Source: Cyanophora paradoxa CCMP329
Taxonomy: Eukaryota > Plantae > Glaucophyta
Length of the DNA stretch: 64,000 nucleotides
NCBI GenBank assembly: GCA_004431415.1
Contig: QPMI01000434.1
Coordinates: 124,001 to 188,000, forward strand
Reading direction: 5' to 3'
The translations under genes and the position numbers were made by a program. The notes beneath the pieces were generated by a model. That model saw only the letters and a list, made by a program, of their open reading frames with translations. It did no database searches and was not told the DNA's origin. Positions 36,201 through 45,504 of this stretch are shown in pieces. Every line of letters begins with the position of its first letter. The stretch's first letter is position 1.

Positions 36201-36265
36201 AATTGTCCCAGAAATGCAAAGATTTACAAGATCAAATAGATCAATGGCGCAGTCAGACTGCTTAA
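30263..36265 (+). CDS. Giant modular virion fibre/spike (2000 aa) with C-terminal Peptidase_S74 intramolecular chaperone
   Basis: LLP...YDLGLRTRQWRNIH, acidic repeats, W..I..KP..(Y/F)PP.DH.H repeats, 11 HxHxKADITDFA repeats, YLPLTGGTVTG, four homologous Trp/Tyr-rich modules, and SDRRYKTDI...GLIAQDVEKVIPEVV...LEYTGLVPVLIEAVKEL. Confidence 0.88.
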   Translation: MSYILKKPVPLRRSPDFVDDRLINIRVFGSILADFNADRDIHRTEFSRPAALILRNSHVGAPDIAQRFCLGPTENFVAEIIGSRALPRHLRIASSGTVSKYDSGRLIFRLQNDRGVHTSALRLIDESNDVANKTAAQITGRILLGEDAAISVLASQIQPFPWDLLYTDAREANLLFGFDVNQIDTEPATRFDIPGCTFGSILIEADRHLLPALHDRYDLGLRTRQWRNIHGTNIYQDGKKVSTEEQVINIFNYYFGPIVPIPPLPGLPKPPIPDGPGRERVADETVPFGQHIVSWEQVRNKPIFEPKKQIDEQYLPPEIDILELDDYQFVPDEEEFLPDGFDPQEYEYDQYDPNEEEYLPDGLDPQEFEYEQNYEPHEEYLADGLEPPVVDYEQPYEPHEEFLPDGLQPELFEFFPDWEQINNKPARYPPEDHNHDWDEILGKPEKYPPEDHRHDWGDIDGIPPEFPPEDHLHIWSEIREQPTFASAGNVLLGDINNGVSLYQNIDTPERLQLNDYYVNRQGIDAGTTMDGELYIRPPTRDVILPLGGGIEIKDTKPGIYLTSYYAEDVPMTGGLISLPSDPANYTDKNAAIQINVTNVSDLDGSRPKLIFSREQLAAETLLGDRDDYKQCEVAWIKTNYNGGVPEGLLEINQRASAKNIHNENISRVVTEDYFRWDNIPDAPEKFPPSDHEHVKADITDFAHEHVKADITDFAHTHTKDQITDFAHEHVKADITDFAHEHVKADITDFAHTHTKADISDFAHTHLKADITDFAHAHTKADITDFAHTHLKADITDFAHTHLKADITDFAHTHTKVDISDFAHRHNWDEIDEQPVFAQLNAIGNVFNGVTLYQSINTPERLFLNDHYVSLNGSFTGQDGTPMVGTLAVRLPRDPIVNGVYSGDFNVGVNDTFPSIYVTNYHPGETGQVADFSAAIQVNVTDQSAYDGARPKIVFTREKVVNYLPVAGQPTDDHGKCEMAWIKTTSGGALEVNQRMAAKNLHNTTLSGVVTDDYLTNKGYLTSADLSSYATDAELAAALANYLPLTGGTVTGTVNATTLQIGGTTIPKGYEFDQLDVVSTDRSANNWTVNWTGHRTGLTGCYTTPENDADVTGCWMRWTIPEGMKSFYIQLLLWHNCRYFDIYGQTVNGHQHFLRRINNYQGLQDVAVQDGTYPAIIFTSVNCEFYSKIYVQGRKGRIYLTGVFGWSRQRATDNDAGLLHYDNIAFNPVGKYSEFDVVSGWNSTGVAFPAGAWTTAWKPTTDNPVEGFYCNQTDDESGSGYMQCVVPAGMKTCHIQYLCWTNSRYFDIYGYRNGRWNYIMRVNTYQNVQNTADTNWHSSLLWTSVFCGNFSHIGIFAKKGRIYIGMLGWTKEVGRTAPANGLISWDNIYSRPALFTAADLPQTATWATNTWLKSTDNYERFYFANANATYIRGRPNNDNACVVFRNSADATILQSYENGNLAVTNTVSAPTLSGTIINGGSINATTNYKFGDKTMPRCVEYDATVAGNSPHGYAGGWGFEGGTAWEPYYNYGGYAYNNESGDTVVNGSWVDYTIPTDLYTGTAHLTYLPWVNCRYFEIWGINRQGNAVFIARVNSYHQYESAPDGNYNGLQNVPIMLGNRFIRLRIIPKVGRVHIMGIGFTRTWTGSSYGGHTGYVSWDNIYSKPNLLTPSLVGNIIGFDTWSGTGSGGLSFSGSWGTGWTASVSNPVDGFYSIVEGDSTSGDWARIEVPANMQTCHVQYLCWSNCRYFDIGGYRAGRWFHIMRVNTYQTVSNYGTTDYHDGLAWASFACDYFSHVRFVARKGRCYIGMVGWTKEKGRTSPANGMISWDNVYSKDARTTWATGTWITSDEGNGRVYFGSSSTTYIKGYGATVVEFRNTWDTNIAYLEQSGYLYIAAYLSQGSDRRYKTDIKKITGALSAIEKLEGVSFKRIGSEKDGTKLGLIAQDVEKVIPEVVNVKKDDGYLSLEYTGLVPVLIEAVKELSQKCKDLQDQIDQWRSQTA
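32333..32728 (+). repeat. Coding tandem repeat, 11 x 36 bp (HxHxKADITDFA)
   Basis: Units such as CATGAACACGTCAAAGCCGATATTACAGATTTCGCA repeat in frame within the fibre gene. Confidence 0.9.
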
Positions 36266-36296
36266 CTGCCGTAATAAAAATGTCACAGTATAATTA

Positions 36297-36605
36297 ATGG
36301 CGACGTATCCACTTGGTGGAACTCCTTCCACTACTTCTGAGCCTGTCGCTCTTGCATTCGATACTATCAAACTTGTAGCCGCGCTACAAAATGTCGAAAA
36401 AACAATTCAGCAAACTAACAAACTGTCACCAGTTGTCAATGAGTATAAAAACCTCTTGGTTAATGTCCTTGCGCAATCGGCTTATGGCGAACCTGTTGCT
36501 AAATACTCTGAGTGCGATAGCAATATCAAAGCAATGACAGCCAATATTCAAGCTCTTTCTGTTGCTTACCAAGCCCTTGGAGCGAATCTAATCACTTTGG
36601 CTTGA
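36297..36605 (+). CDS. Small helical hypothetical viral protein
   Basis: 102-aa ATG ORF with AT-rich upstream sequence, same strand as its neighbours. Confidence 0.6.
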   Translation: MATYPLGGTPSTTSEPVALAFDTIKLVAALQNVEKTIQQTNKLSPVVNEYKNLLVNVLAQSAYGEPVAKYSECDSNIKAMTANIQALSVAYQALGANLITLA

Positions 36606-36647
36606 TGTCTGCCGACTTTTTTTCTTTCCTTCTTAGTAAAATAAGCA

Positions 36648-37502
36648 ATGGGCGAATATAATCGGGTTCAGCTACCTATCTATTCACTTGGATCCCCTGC
36701 TACTCACTTTCGCCAGCATGAGGTAAATGATGAGGTTCGCGGTCTGGAATCCACTGAACGTCCTAATTCTAACGGGAATGCTTTTGATAAGAATTCGATT
36801 ATTCGCGTAAAAGAACTCCGAGCTGACAAGAACTCTGGTGTAGTTAAAACCACTCGACTCCTCGTAAGCAATGCAAATTTCTTCCAGCCTACTAATGGAG
36901 GCCCTGATGCTTACAGTGTTGATCTGAAAGCCCTTGACTTCGATAAGAATTCTGCTGCTGTTACTGTGAGATCAGGTGGAGCTTTTATTGGTGGTGGATG
37001 TCGTGTGTCCGGTCAACTCTCTTCTTCGATTGCATACAATGATGTCCCAGATACTCTTGAACAAAATGTGGAGAACCCGCAACGAATTCGGTTCTATACA
37101 CCTGTTGCACAGCAACCTTTTCTTCACTTCTATGTTGCTTCATCTGTCACTCTTGAAAATTCAGAGTTGGTTTCCATTACAGGAACTGATCGTGTGAGAA
37201 GGAATATTCCTCTTCCCACAGCAATGCTTTCGATGTGCAGAGCAAACAACAATCAACCAGGTCACAATTACCTATTCTTTGTTCAAGCATCAAACCATTT
37301 CGGTAGAGGATATTGTGTTTATAACAATTTGACATTTACTTATGATTTGTTTGTCACTGAGGTAGGAGTTTATAATACTATGATAATTGGACTGAGAACA
37401 GATATAGCTGCTGTTTCAGCACTTCGTGGTGTGAATATTGCTGATATTTTTACAACCGGATTTTACCAGGAGCCAGATGTTATTGACGATCCAACACCTT
37501 AA
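36648..37502 (+). CDS. Fibre-like structural protein, paralog A
   Basis: N-terminal ~130 aa homologous to the next gene; contains AAVTVRSGGAFIGGGCRVSGQL, a Gly-rich fibre-shaft-like motif. Confidence 0.6.
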   Translation: MGEYNRVQLPIYSLGSPATHFRQHEVNDEVRGLESTERPNSNGNAFDKNSIIRVKELRADKNSGVVKTTRLLVSNANFFQPTNGGPDAYSVDLKALDFDKNSAAVTVRSGGAFIGGGCRVSGQLSSSIAYNDVPDTLEQNVENPQRIRFYTPVAQQPFLHFYVASSVTLENSELVSITGTDRVRRNIPLPTAMLSMCRANNNQPGHNYLFFVQASNHFGRGYCVYNNLTFTYDLFVTEVGVYNTMIIGLRTDIAAVSALRGVNIADIFTTGFYQEPDVIDDPTP

Positions 37503-37525
37503 AATATATATCACTTTAATGTAAA

Positions 37526-38349
37526 ATGACTGAAATTGAGCGTATTGTCACGGCACAACTTTCGCTCGCAGCCCCAGCTACACATGTTTTACAACATTCT
37601 ACTTTTGACGATGTAGAAGGTCTTGAATCAACAGAGGTTCAACCTACAATGAATACCTTCGGATCTACACATAAACTTAGATTGCAGGAACTCCGATGTG
37701 ATAAAAATAATGGTGTGGTCAAAACTACAAAGTTGCTAGTTACAAATGCAAATTTTAGCGCCCATTATGGCGATCCAGACAGCTACGGCGATCCTCTTTC
37801 GACTTATTCCTTCGAATCTCGTTCGGGAGCTATTAACTGCCGAAATGGTGGCGCATATGTTGGCGATGGTCTTCGTGTTGGTGGAGCTATCGGAGCTCCT
37901 CTCTTTGTGAACGATCAACCGAACCGATTGATAATTTAACGCGTATTCGCACCTACGTTCCCAGCATGAATGCACCATATATTATTAAGATCTTTCCAAT
38001 CGTTGTTAATGAGCAAACATCAGTAGTTGATTCTCTGGTTGAAATTGGTGATCATTTCAAGGTAGTAGTGGATATCCCACCTGATATCTACGCTCTCTGC
38101 CAGGTTGAAGGTGGAACTCCGAATATTACAGTGGTAATAACTCCTTACGATAACTTTGGAATCGCTTATCATGGTGTAAATTTCGGATTAGAAGATTATC
38201 AGTTTTTAGTAAGAGCTACCAGGTTTGGTATCTACAAATGTATCCTTTATGCTGAACGAACCGATGCTATTGCTAAACAGAACACATATGCAGAGTACTA
38301 CGGCACTAATAGGTATTTTCCTATATTCGGCAGCGATACAGCTCCATAG
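37526..38349 (+). CDS. Fibre-like structural protein, paralog B (probable frameshift near 37930)
   Basis: SLAAPATHVLQH...VEGLESTE...ELRCDKNNGVVKTTKLLVTNANF...GGAYVGDGLRVGG matches paralog A. ORFs 37526-37939 and 37966-38349 probably form one gene. Confidence 0.55.
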
Positions 38350-38387
38350 CTGCATTCCTTTGTTTTTTTATATTTTTCCATTAATAG

Positions 38388-38714
38388 ATGGATTTGCTTC
38401 GAAAATGTTTGGATATGTTCCATCTCAACGTCACCAGCAAATTGAATTGTAGTTGCTGTGAGACGACCATTAATCTCGAAATATCAGACACAGAAGGCTC
38501 TCGCACCCCAGAAACTCAGGTTTCGCCTATTAACACACCCAGGACTTCTAGGTCCAATTCTCCATTTACTCGAACCGATTCACCTGTACCTTGGCTTGAT
38601 GCTGAAGGCCGAAGATTGTCTTGGCCTCCCCCAAATATCCCGAAGCCGCTGAAAAGAAAAAAGTCCTTGCTATCAAGTTTCAGAAAGGAGAAGCAACCCG
38701 ATCAGGTGGAATGA
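38388..38714 (+). CDS. Hypothetical Ser/Pro/Thr-rich viral protein whose stop abuts the right TIR
   Basis: 108-aa ATG ORF with CSCC, SP/TP-rich middle and basic KRKK tail. Confidence 0.5.
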   Translation: MDLLRKCLDMFHLNVTSKLNCSCCETTINLEISDTEGSRTPETQVSPINTPRTSRSNSPFTRTDSPVPWLDAEGRRLSWPPPNIPKPLKRKKSLLSSFRKEKQPDQVE

Positions 38715-39138
38715 GGCCGCACCAGACCGCTCTGGGGGCCCGTCCTTACGTGCGGCTATAGCTTAACGCTTTTTCCTCGTTTAGCTTCTCTGTACACATC
38801 AATTACATCTAGCTAGAGCTTAACACGTTTCCTCGTTTAGCTTCTCTGTACTCATTAATATCGCCTAGCCTATTCTGCCACGTTGTTCTACAGACCGCGC
38901 TCAAGGGGCAGCGCTCCTCTTCGTCTATTCAAGTTGTCAGCTCTGCCCTGAATAGTCGTTAGATATTTCTTTGTTAAGACTCCGACCCGAGTCTGGTAGA
39001 CCTGGGAATAAGGGTCTCGTAGACGTACAAGGTGAATTAACTGAAGAGGGGCTGGAGGTATACACTGGAAACGCATGGAATCGGGGGCAATGGAGCGAAG
39101 CGGAATTGCCCGGGTGTGAGGTCCATGCGTATACAACA
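38713..39138 (-). repeat. Right terminal inverted repeat
   Basis: Ends GTCCATGCGTATACAACA, followed by TSD ATATAG. Confidence 0.95.
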
Positions 39139-42100
39139 ATATAGCCTTCAAGATCCTCCTTTTCAAGACGCTGCAGCAGGACAGGCCGCACACTGGCATA
39201 AGGAAACTGAGCCACAAGGGGGCTAGGGGCTAGATCGGGGCTAGGGGCAGGCTGAGCAATATGTTCACAGTGCTCATAAGAGGCTAGGGAATGGTCATAA
39301 GCACGCGCAGCGTCTAAAAGATTAGCGTAGAATGAAGAATGAGAGGGGTCAGCAGTAGAGATGAAACGGAAATACCCACGGACATAGGTGACTTTAAATC
39401 GAGGTAAACGACGAGGAAGCATGTCCATAAAATCGTCCAGTTCGCGGAACAAGGCAGCCATCAGAGTAGCGGCCTTCAAGCCCGTCTTGGAGGAAGGTGT
39501 AAGGGGCAGCTGTGTGTTAGGGTCCATTGCAAACGTAGCCGCAGCTTCAGTGCGACCTGCTCGATAGGCCAGACAATACGAGCGGAAAATGACGTGCAAT
39601 CCAAGAATCCGAACAACCTGCCACTCCCAGTTCTGCAAGAACATCCAGCTGTCAGCAAAACGGACCGAGCCAGTAAGCAACCAGGCAACAAAGCGAGCGG
39701 AAGGAATGGGCATCGGCTGGAGCTGCAGGGCATGGAAGATGAGCGACCAGAACTGCTGCACAACAGGGCAGAGGACGAAAACGTGCAGTGCATTGCAGCG
39801 CCGGTGGCAGACCGGGCATAGCGAGGAGAGGAGCTCACTGTCAAGCAAATTTGCCGAAGCAGGACGCTGAATATCAGAGCGCGCAGCCATATCAGCGATG
39901 CGGGACGATGTGCGAAGAGCGTTGTAGCGCAGTGCAAAGTAGCCGTCAAGGACGCGCTGCGTGAGAGCGTAGCGGAGGTCGGGAATCACTGTGTTGAACC
40001 AGGGAAAGCGATCAGTGCGCGCATCGTAGCCCGGCGGCCAGAGGAACTTTGGGGAGAGATCAGCACGCCACTTAGTCTCAGCGGTCGTCGGCGCCATGAA
40101 AGCGTGGGACGAGAGATACTTGTACACGTCGTGAACCGTGAAACGCGACGGGGCAGCAGGCAGCTTGTACGCAACCGACTTAGAGAGGCGCAGCTCTTCC
40201 TTTGAGCGATCATTGATGTTCTCGCGGTCAGAGTGGAACGCAAACGTACGGGAAGACGACGGTGGCAGCGGACGGAGTGCAAGGTCGGAAAGCTGTAACG
40301 AGTTCATGAGGAACCGGACGAGTGCAGGCATGGGGACAACTTGCAAGCATTCTTAACAAGGCTAAGCGCATGTGCAGGCACGGGAATGAAGTCGATCGCA
40401 CGGGCCGCGGGCCGGATCGCAAGTACATCGGGGAGGGCAACGGGACTGTCAAGCGAAGCACTGCAAGGCACGTCAATCTCATGGAAAGCGAGCTGTGTGT
40501 CAGGAAGAAGGCGAACGCGACAGAGAGCTACTCCCTGAAGTGAGACGCGTTCAGCAGCAAGTTTCGAGAAAGGGCCAATAGCGAGACCTCCAGGTTCGTG
40601 TTTCCAGTCTACAGTGCGACCACAGCGCCAAACCTCTTGCGCAAGTCGATTATTGAGCGCATGCAGCTGGTCGCGCAGTTGCTCGGGATAGGAGGGCTCA
40701 ACATAGAGAGTATGTTCCCCAGAGAAGTCCCAGATTTGATAGTTAAAACGGAAGCCGAGACGGAAGAGCAACGTGAAAGTGAAATCACGCTCATAGTACG
40801 TGTCTTTCTTATACCAGGGGTGCATGATCGGCATACGCAGGAAATCCCAGGCGCAGCGGGGCCTCCTGACATCGAAGATAGTCCGCCAGGCTTCGAAGAT
40901 GGCAAAGAACGGGTCAGCAGGCGGAGGCCACAATGGCTTCACCAAGCGATCAGTTCTGTTGAGAAAAGGAAGCCAGAGCCCAAAGCCACCGTTTTCCGTG
41001 AACGCCTCAATAATTTCTCGACCAGGAAGAGATGCCGGGGAAGCAAGCCACGATTCCAAAGAGTTTGCGGCAAAGGCCAGCTGGAAGTGTTCGGGGGAGG
41101 GCGCTCCGAGACCGCCGAGAGATACAGGTCGACACGAAGCAGTGGTCATGCCCTGATGAGGTAAGATGAACGCATCGGAATTTGAAGAACGTTTCCAGAC
41201 AAAGGTCTGTAAATTCTTTGAAATAGCCCGGAGGATCTTAGGAGGTGCTGGAACCGCACGGATATAAAAGCTTAAGACCCCCTGACAAAAAGCATAGGCG
41301 ATGCGACCCCGTCCAAGAAGGGACGACTGGAAATCGACAGCTGTCTCCATAAAGAAGGTCGCTTTATGCTGAATCATGTTCCAAGACGGATGGTGCTCGC
41401 GATCAAGAAGGAGCTGATGAGGGAAACCGAGCTGCTTATGACAAGCAGGATCAAGCTCAGCGACGCGGAGAACAGGGAATGGCAAGGGATCGGACGGATC
41501 GAAATCCAATGGTGAGGCAGCCGGTTCCCTTAGAACAATAGCAAGAGATTTCTCGATAGAGAGATGTTGACCAGAGAGTGGTTTGAAAGAGGCAAAACGT
41601 GCGTGGATAGCTAAGAGAGAGTCACGTAGAGAGAGCCCCTGGGCGCGGAGCAGGAATAGCTGATAAATATCGTCAGCAAACTGGACAAGGGGGGTGCCAA
41701 CAGGGCGGGGTATATCAGTGAGTGAGAGCAAGAGAGAACGTAGAGGGCTGATCGAGAGAATGAAGGAAACTGGGCTCCAGGGACCACCTTGAATGGTGCC
41801 CACAAGACGTGAGAACACAGAAGAGAATAGCCCATTCGCAAATACACGTGCACGGAGGGGAGCTCGAGGGTTGTACAGACAGTGGTGCATTCTTCGGATA
41901 AGCCAGGGCCATTGTTGCACATGGAGAACGAGCGCCATAATAACCCAAAGCAACAGATCGTAGGCAGACTTAAGATCAGAGTCAAACCCGATAACACAGT
42001 CATAATTGGCGTAGCGGATGCGTGTATACGTTGCCAGCACTGCAAAGACATTTTTATGAACGTCCCGACCTTGTACGAAACCGAACTGATCTTCAGGAAT

Positions 42101-44068
42101 GATGAGTTGTAAGATCGGATTGGCTACTGTGACCATAGTCCGTTCGAACAAGCGCAAGAGTGTGTTAGAAACTCCAATAGGTCGGTATTTCGAAGCATCA
42201 GTGGGCAAGCCTGACCGCTTCCAGATGAAAGTGTATGTCAAGTCGCGCATAAAGTCAGGGAGGAAGCCTTGAACAGTGATCTTTTGAAAGTAGGCAGCCA
42301 GGAAAAAAGACCAGGGCTTTGTGTGCATCTTAAAAATGCCAACGGGAATTCCATCAGGACCTGGTGCCCCATGGGCATACGCTTTACTGATAGAGAACGC
42401 TACGTCGTCAGGCGAGATATTAGTCTGAGTGCGCCAAACAGGCGGGACAATCCCCTGAACGTGGGGCAAGATATCGTCCACAAATTGTTGAATGAAAGCA
42501 GCAGCGGAGGGATTATCTGGAGACGCCGGAAGGGGGATATCAACAGTAGGGTCCTCGGGGGTTCAGGAGGGGGCAGAGAGCGTCAAGGATAGAGGTCTGA
42601 GTCAACAGGAAAGCAGGGGTAGGAGCGCCCAGTTCTACAAGCTTTCTAGCCAAATAGTTCGCAACCGCGCCAGGCTCAACAGTGATAGCAGTGGGACCAT
42701 CCGAGCTGAAGTGCAGCGGCGGGGGACAATGGAGGAGGGCTTGGCGAGCCGCGCCCAGTCGCGCTTAGAGCCGCTTTCGAATGTAAGTCGGTGCTGAAGC
42801 CTGGCAAGCTGACGATTGCTGAGAGAGACCTTCTTCTGAAGTTCGCGCAGGGATTCAAGCCGCTGGGTGCGCTCGCGGTACAGCGCGACAGCATCGGAGC
42901 CGGGCGGCAAGCGGTAGATCTTCATTTCAACGTCGCCCAGCGCTTTGTACGCCGCGCGCTCATGCGTGTAAAGCTTGCTAATCACGTGCGCTCTGTGCTT
43001 ACGCGCCATCTTGCAGAGTCGCTTACAGAATGCGCGCCAAGTATCGTCGAAGACAGCAGCATCCGTAACTACCTCGCCTTCACCACGCGCTTGAATGATA
43101 GTGTCCAGGAATTGGGTCAAGTGCGTTTCCGTGCGCTTGCGCAGAGCAGGGTCGAGGCAGACTGGATCGCCGCGCTGAGAATACTGTCCGGGCAGGTTGC
43201 TGACGAAATCATACGGGAACGCTTGCACGCGGGACCGGGGCAAATGACGGTGCACACGAGGGCCTGAAAAGGAGAGAACAAGAATGCGGTGGTCCAGCTG
43301 AAGATGGAGTGCATCGGATGGCGCTAGGAGCGAGTAAGTGGCAAGGCGACGCTGGAACCACTTGGTTGCAAGAGCAAAGTCGAGGCGCGAGTTTACAGCT
43401 TTAAGGCTAACAATTCGTGAATAAGTTGGGGCAAAAGCTGAAGCAGTTCCGCCGGCAGGAGGCGGTGGAGCATGGTTCGCAAGATCATCAAGCTGGTGGG
43501 AAGTCATCGTTGTGTGAAGGTACGAGCGCTGCAGGGAATTAGGCTTCGGGGTGCGGTGATTCCAGTCTCCGATCAGAAGCATAGGCACAGTAGCGGAGAG
43601 ATACCCAGCCTGCACACAAGATTGCCACCATTCACGGCGGTCCCTGTTATCACTAGCAGGGGCATAGACGCAAGCCAAGAGTACGGTCGTAGCAGGGAAG
43701 GAACCCGACGCCTTGTACGCAACAGAGACCGAAATAAAACGTCCATCAGAGTCCTGACGAGCAAGTGTAACCTCGTGCTGTGCAGCAAAGAAGGGCGTGA
43801 CCATTATGGCAACACCAGTGGAGCGGGATTGAGTAGGAGCAGAGTGGAAGAACGGGCCTCGCCAGGCAGCTGCAATCTTCTCAAGTTTTCCCAAAGGGTG
43901 ACCAGCGTCATCAAATTCCCGTAACTTAGTTTCCTGTAAGCAGAGGATGTCTATCTTGTGAGCAACGGCAAACTTCCTGCAACGTTCCACAAAGTTCTGC
44001 AGCTTGCTGGGACTATTGAGCCCGCCCACATTTAATGATGCAATGTTAACCAAACTTAATCAGGCCAT
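39139..44068 (-). pseudogene. LINE ORF2: APE endonuclease + reverse transcriptase + CCHC zinc knuckle (disrupted)
   Basis: APE: SLNVGGL, ILCLQETK, CVYAP, IGDWN, SRLDFAL, LDHRIL. RT: APGPDGIP, YRPIGVSN, QFGFVQGR, DLKSAYD, GTIQGGPWSP, QFADD. Knuckle: CPVC...HVFVLC. Frameshifts near 42600 and 40320; ATG-GCC-TGA at 44068-44060. Confidence 0.93.
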
Positions 44069-44621
44069 GGCGGTGCACGAAGGCGGTGAATGTGGGGCAG
44101 CGGGGCAATCCCAGCAATGAAGGGAAATGCAAGGCTCTCCAGATGAAAGCCGAGGACCCGAGAGCTTAGCCCGGCATCAGCTTCGAGAAGGATTGATTGC
44201 GCAGCTAGCACGGCAGCAGCTCCGAGAAGTACGATCCGAGTAACGGTAACTGGCCGCGTCGACGTCTGCACATGGCGAGAGCTGAGCCGGGCGTACGCAT
44301 GACATAGAATGTACCGAGCTTGTGTGCGACAGGAGCTGGAGGCGGGAGCACAGCTGCCGGATGACGCCGCGCGGACGTCAAAGACGAAGAGCATGTTGGT
44401 GGACAGGAGTCTCGCGAATCCGGCTGCCGCAAGGAGTTCAAGGCAGCGCGCACGGGAATGCGCAGGCAAAGCGACAGGGATAGGTGCCCGAAGGACAGGA
44501 ATAGGTGCCTCGCGGCAGATTGCAGGTGCCCAAGGGCAGGAGAGTATCAGAACGACGCATAAGACAAGGATAAGTGCGCACCACGCTCCGCGCTGCTGCT
44601 GCTGTGCTGTTGCGTGCCTCG

Positions 44622-45011
44622 CCAAGACGGATGGTGCTCGCGATCAAGAAGGAGCTGATGAGGGAAACCGAGCTGCTTATGACAAGCAGGATCAAGCTCA
44701 GCGACGCGGAGAACAGGGAATGGCAAGGGATCGGACGGATCGAAATCCAATGGTGAGGCAGCCGGTTCCCTTAGAACAATAGCAAGAGATTTCTCGATAG
44801 AGAGATGTTGACCAGAGAGTGGTTTGAAAGAGGCAAAACGTGCGTGGATAGCTAAGAGAGAGTCACGTAGAGAGAGCCCCTGGGCGCGGAGCAGGAATAG
44901 CTGATAAATATCGTCAGCAAACTGGACAAGGGGGGTGCCAACAGGGCGGGGTATATCAGTGAGTGAGAGCAAGAGAGAACGTAGAGGGCTGATCGAGAGA
45001 ATGAAGGAAAC
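44622..45011 (-). mobile_element. Outer LINE RT fragment, right part
   Basis: Apparently identical to 41381-41770 (the QFADD region) and continues exactly from the left part at 15512 via the TSD. Confidence 0.85.
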
Positions 45012-45504
45012 AGGAAACTGGTAACAAGCATATTTGCAAATTTTGTAGGAAAGGATATCCTACTTCAAATGCTTTGTGCCGATTCATAACCGGTTCAATT
45101 CTTGGCAAACAACAAACAATAAATTAAACAATTGCAAAACATGACAAAAAACAAGAACAACAATTGCAAAACATGACAGAAAACAAGAAAGCACAACACT
45201 AGCACCATAACACATGCACAACAAACAAAACAGAAAATTGCCAAGTTTAAACTGAAGAGCTTGTAATTTTTGTTTCACAAAACAAACAACATTCTTTACT
45301 AGATGGTATCTGTATTGATCATGATGCATTCGTTATTCATCATGGCATCATTGCATGCATAAAATATTGTTGCATGTTGCATGCACGAAATGAAATAATC
45401 TATGATTGACTTGTTCATGATCAATTCTTCTACAACCTTGTCATCTTCTTGTTTTTGTTTGAAATGTTCAATTCTTAAGCTTCTTGCAATTGTTCAGTAA
45501 AAAA

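Larger units (their letters stand above)
16496..39138. mobile_element. Complete endogenous Polinton/Maverick-like DNA virus (22,643 bp)
   Basis: ~426-bp TIRs; 6-bp TSD ATATAG at 16490-16495 and 39139-39144; intronless, gene-dense, AT-richer than host; encodes pPolB, rve integrase, packaging ATPase, MCP and pentons. Confidence 0.96.
15513..44621 (-). mobile_element. L1/Tx1-like non-LTR retrotransposon (about 6.5 kb net), interrupted by the endogenous virus
   Basis: 12-bp TSD CCAAGACGGATG at 15501-15512 and 44622-44633. The 3' end is ...CTTATACATAC(TCT)n. ORF2 has APE, RT and CCHC domains. Confidence 0.9.

Noticed and set aside
16496-39138. Viral segment as contamination or misassembly
   Set aside because: The perfect TSD and restored LINE reading frame across both junctions indicate real integration.
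44056-44625. LINE ORF1/gag
   Set aside because: No zinc knuckle or RRM is visible and the start is a non-ATG codon at the TSD boundary. It may be a truncated 5' region but cannot be supported as a gene.
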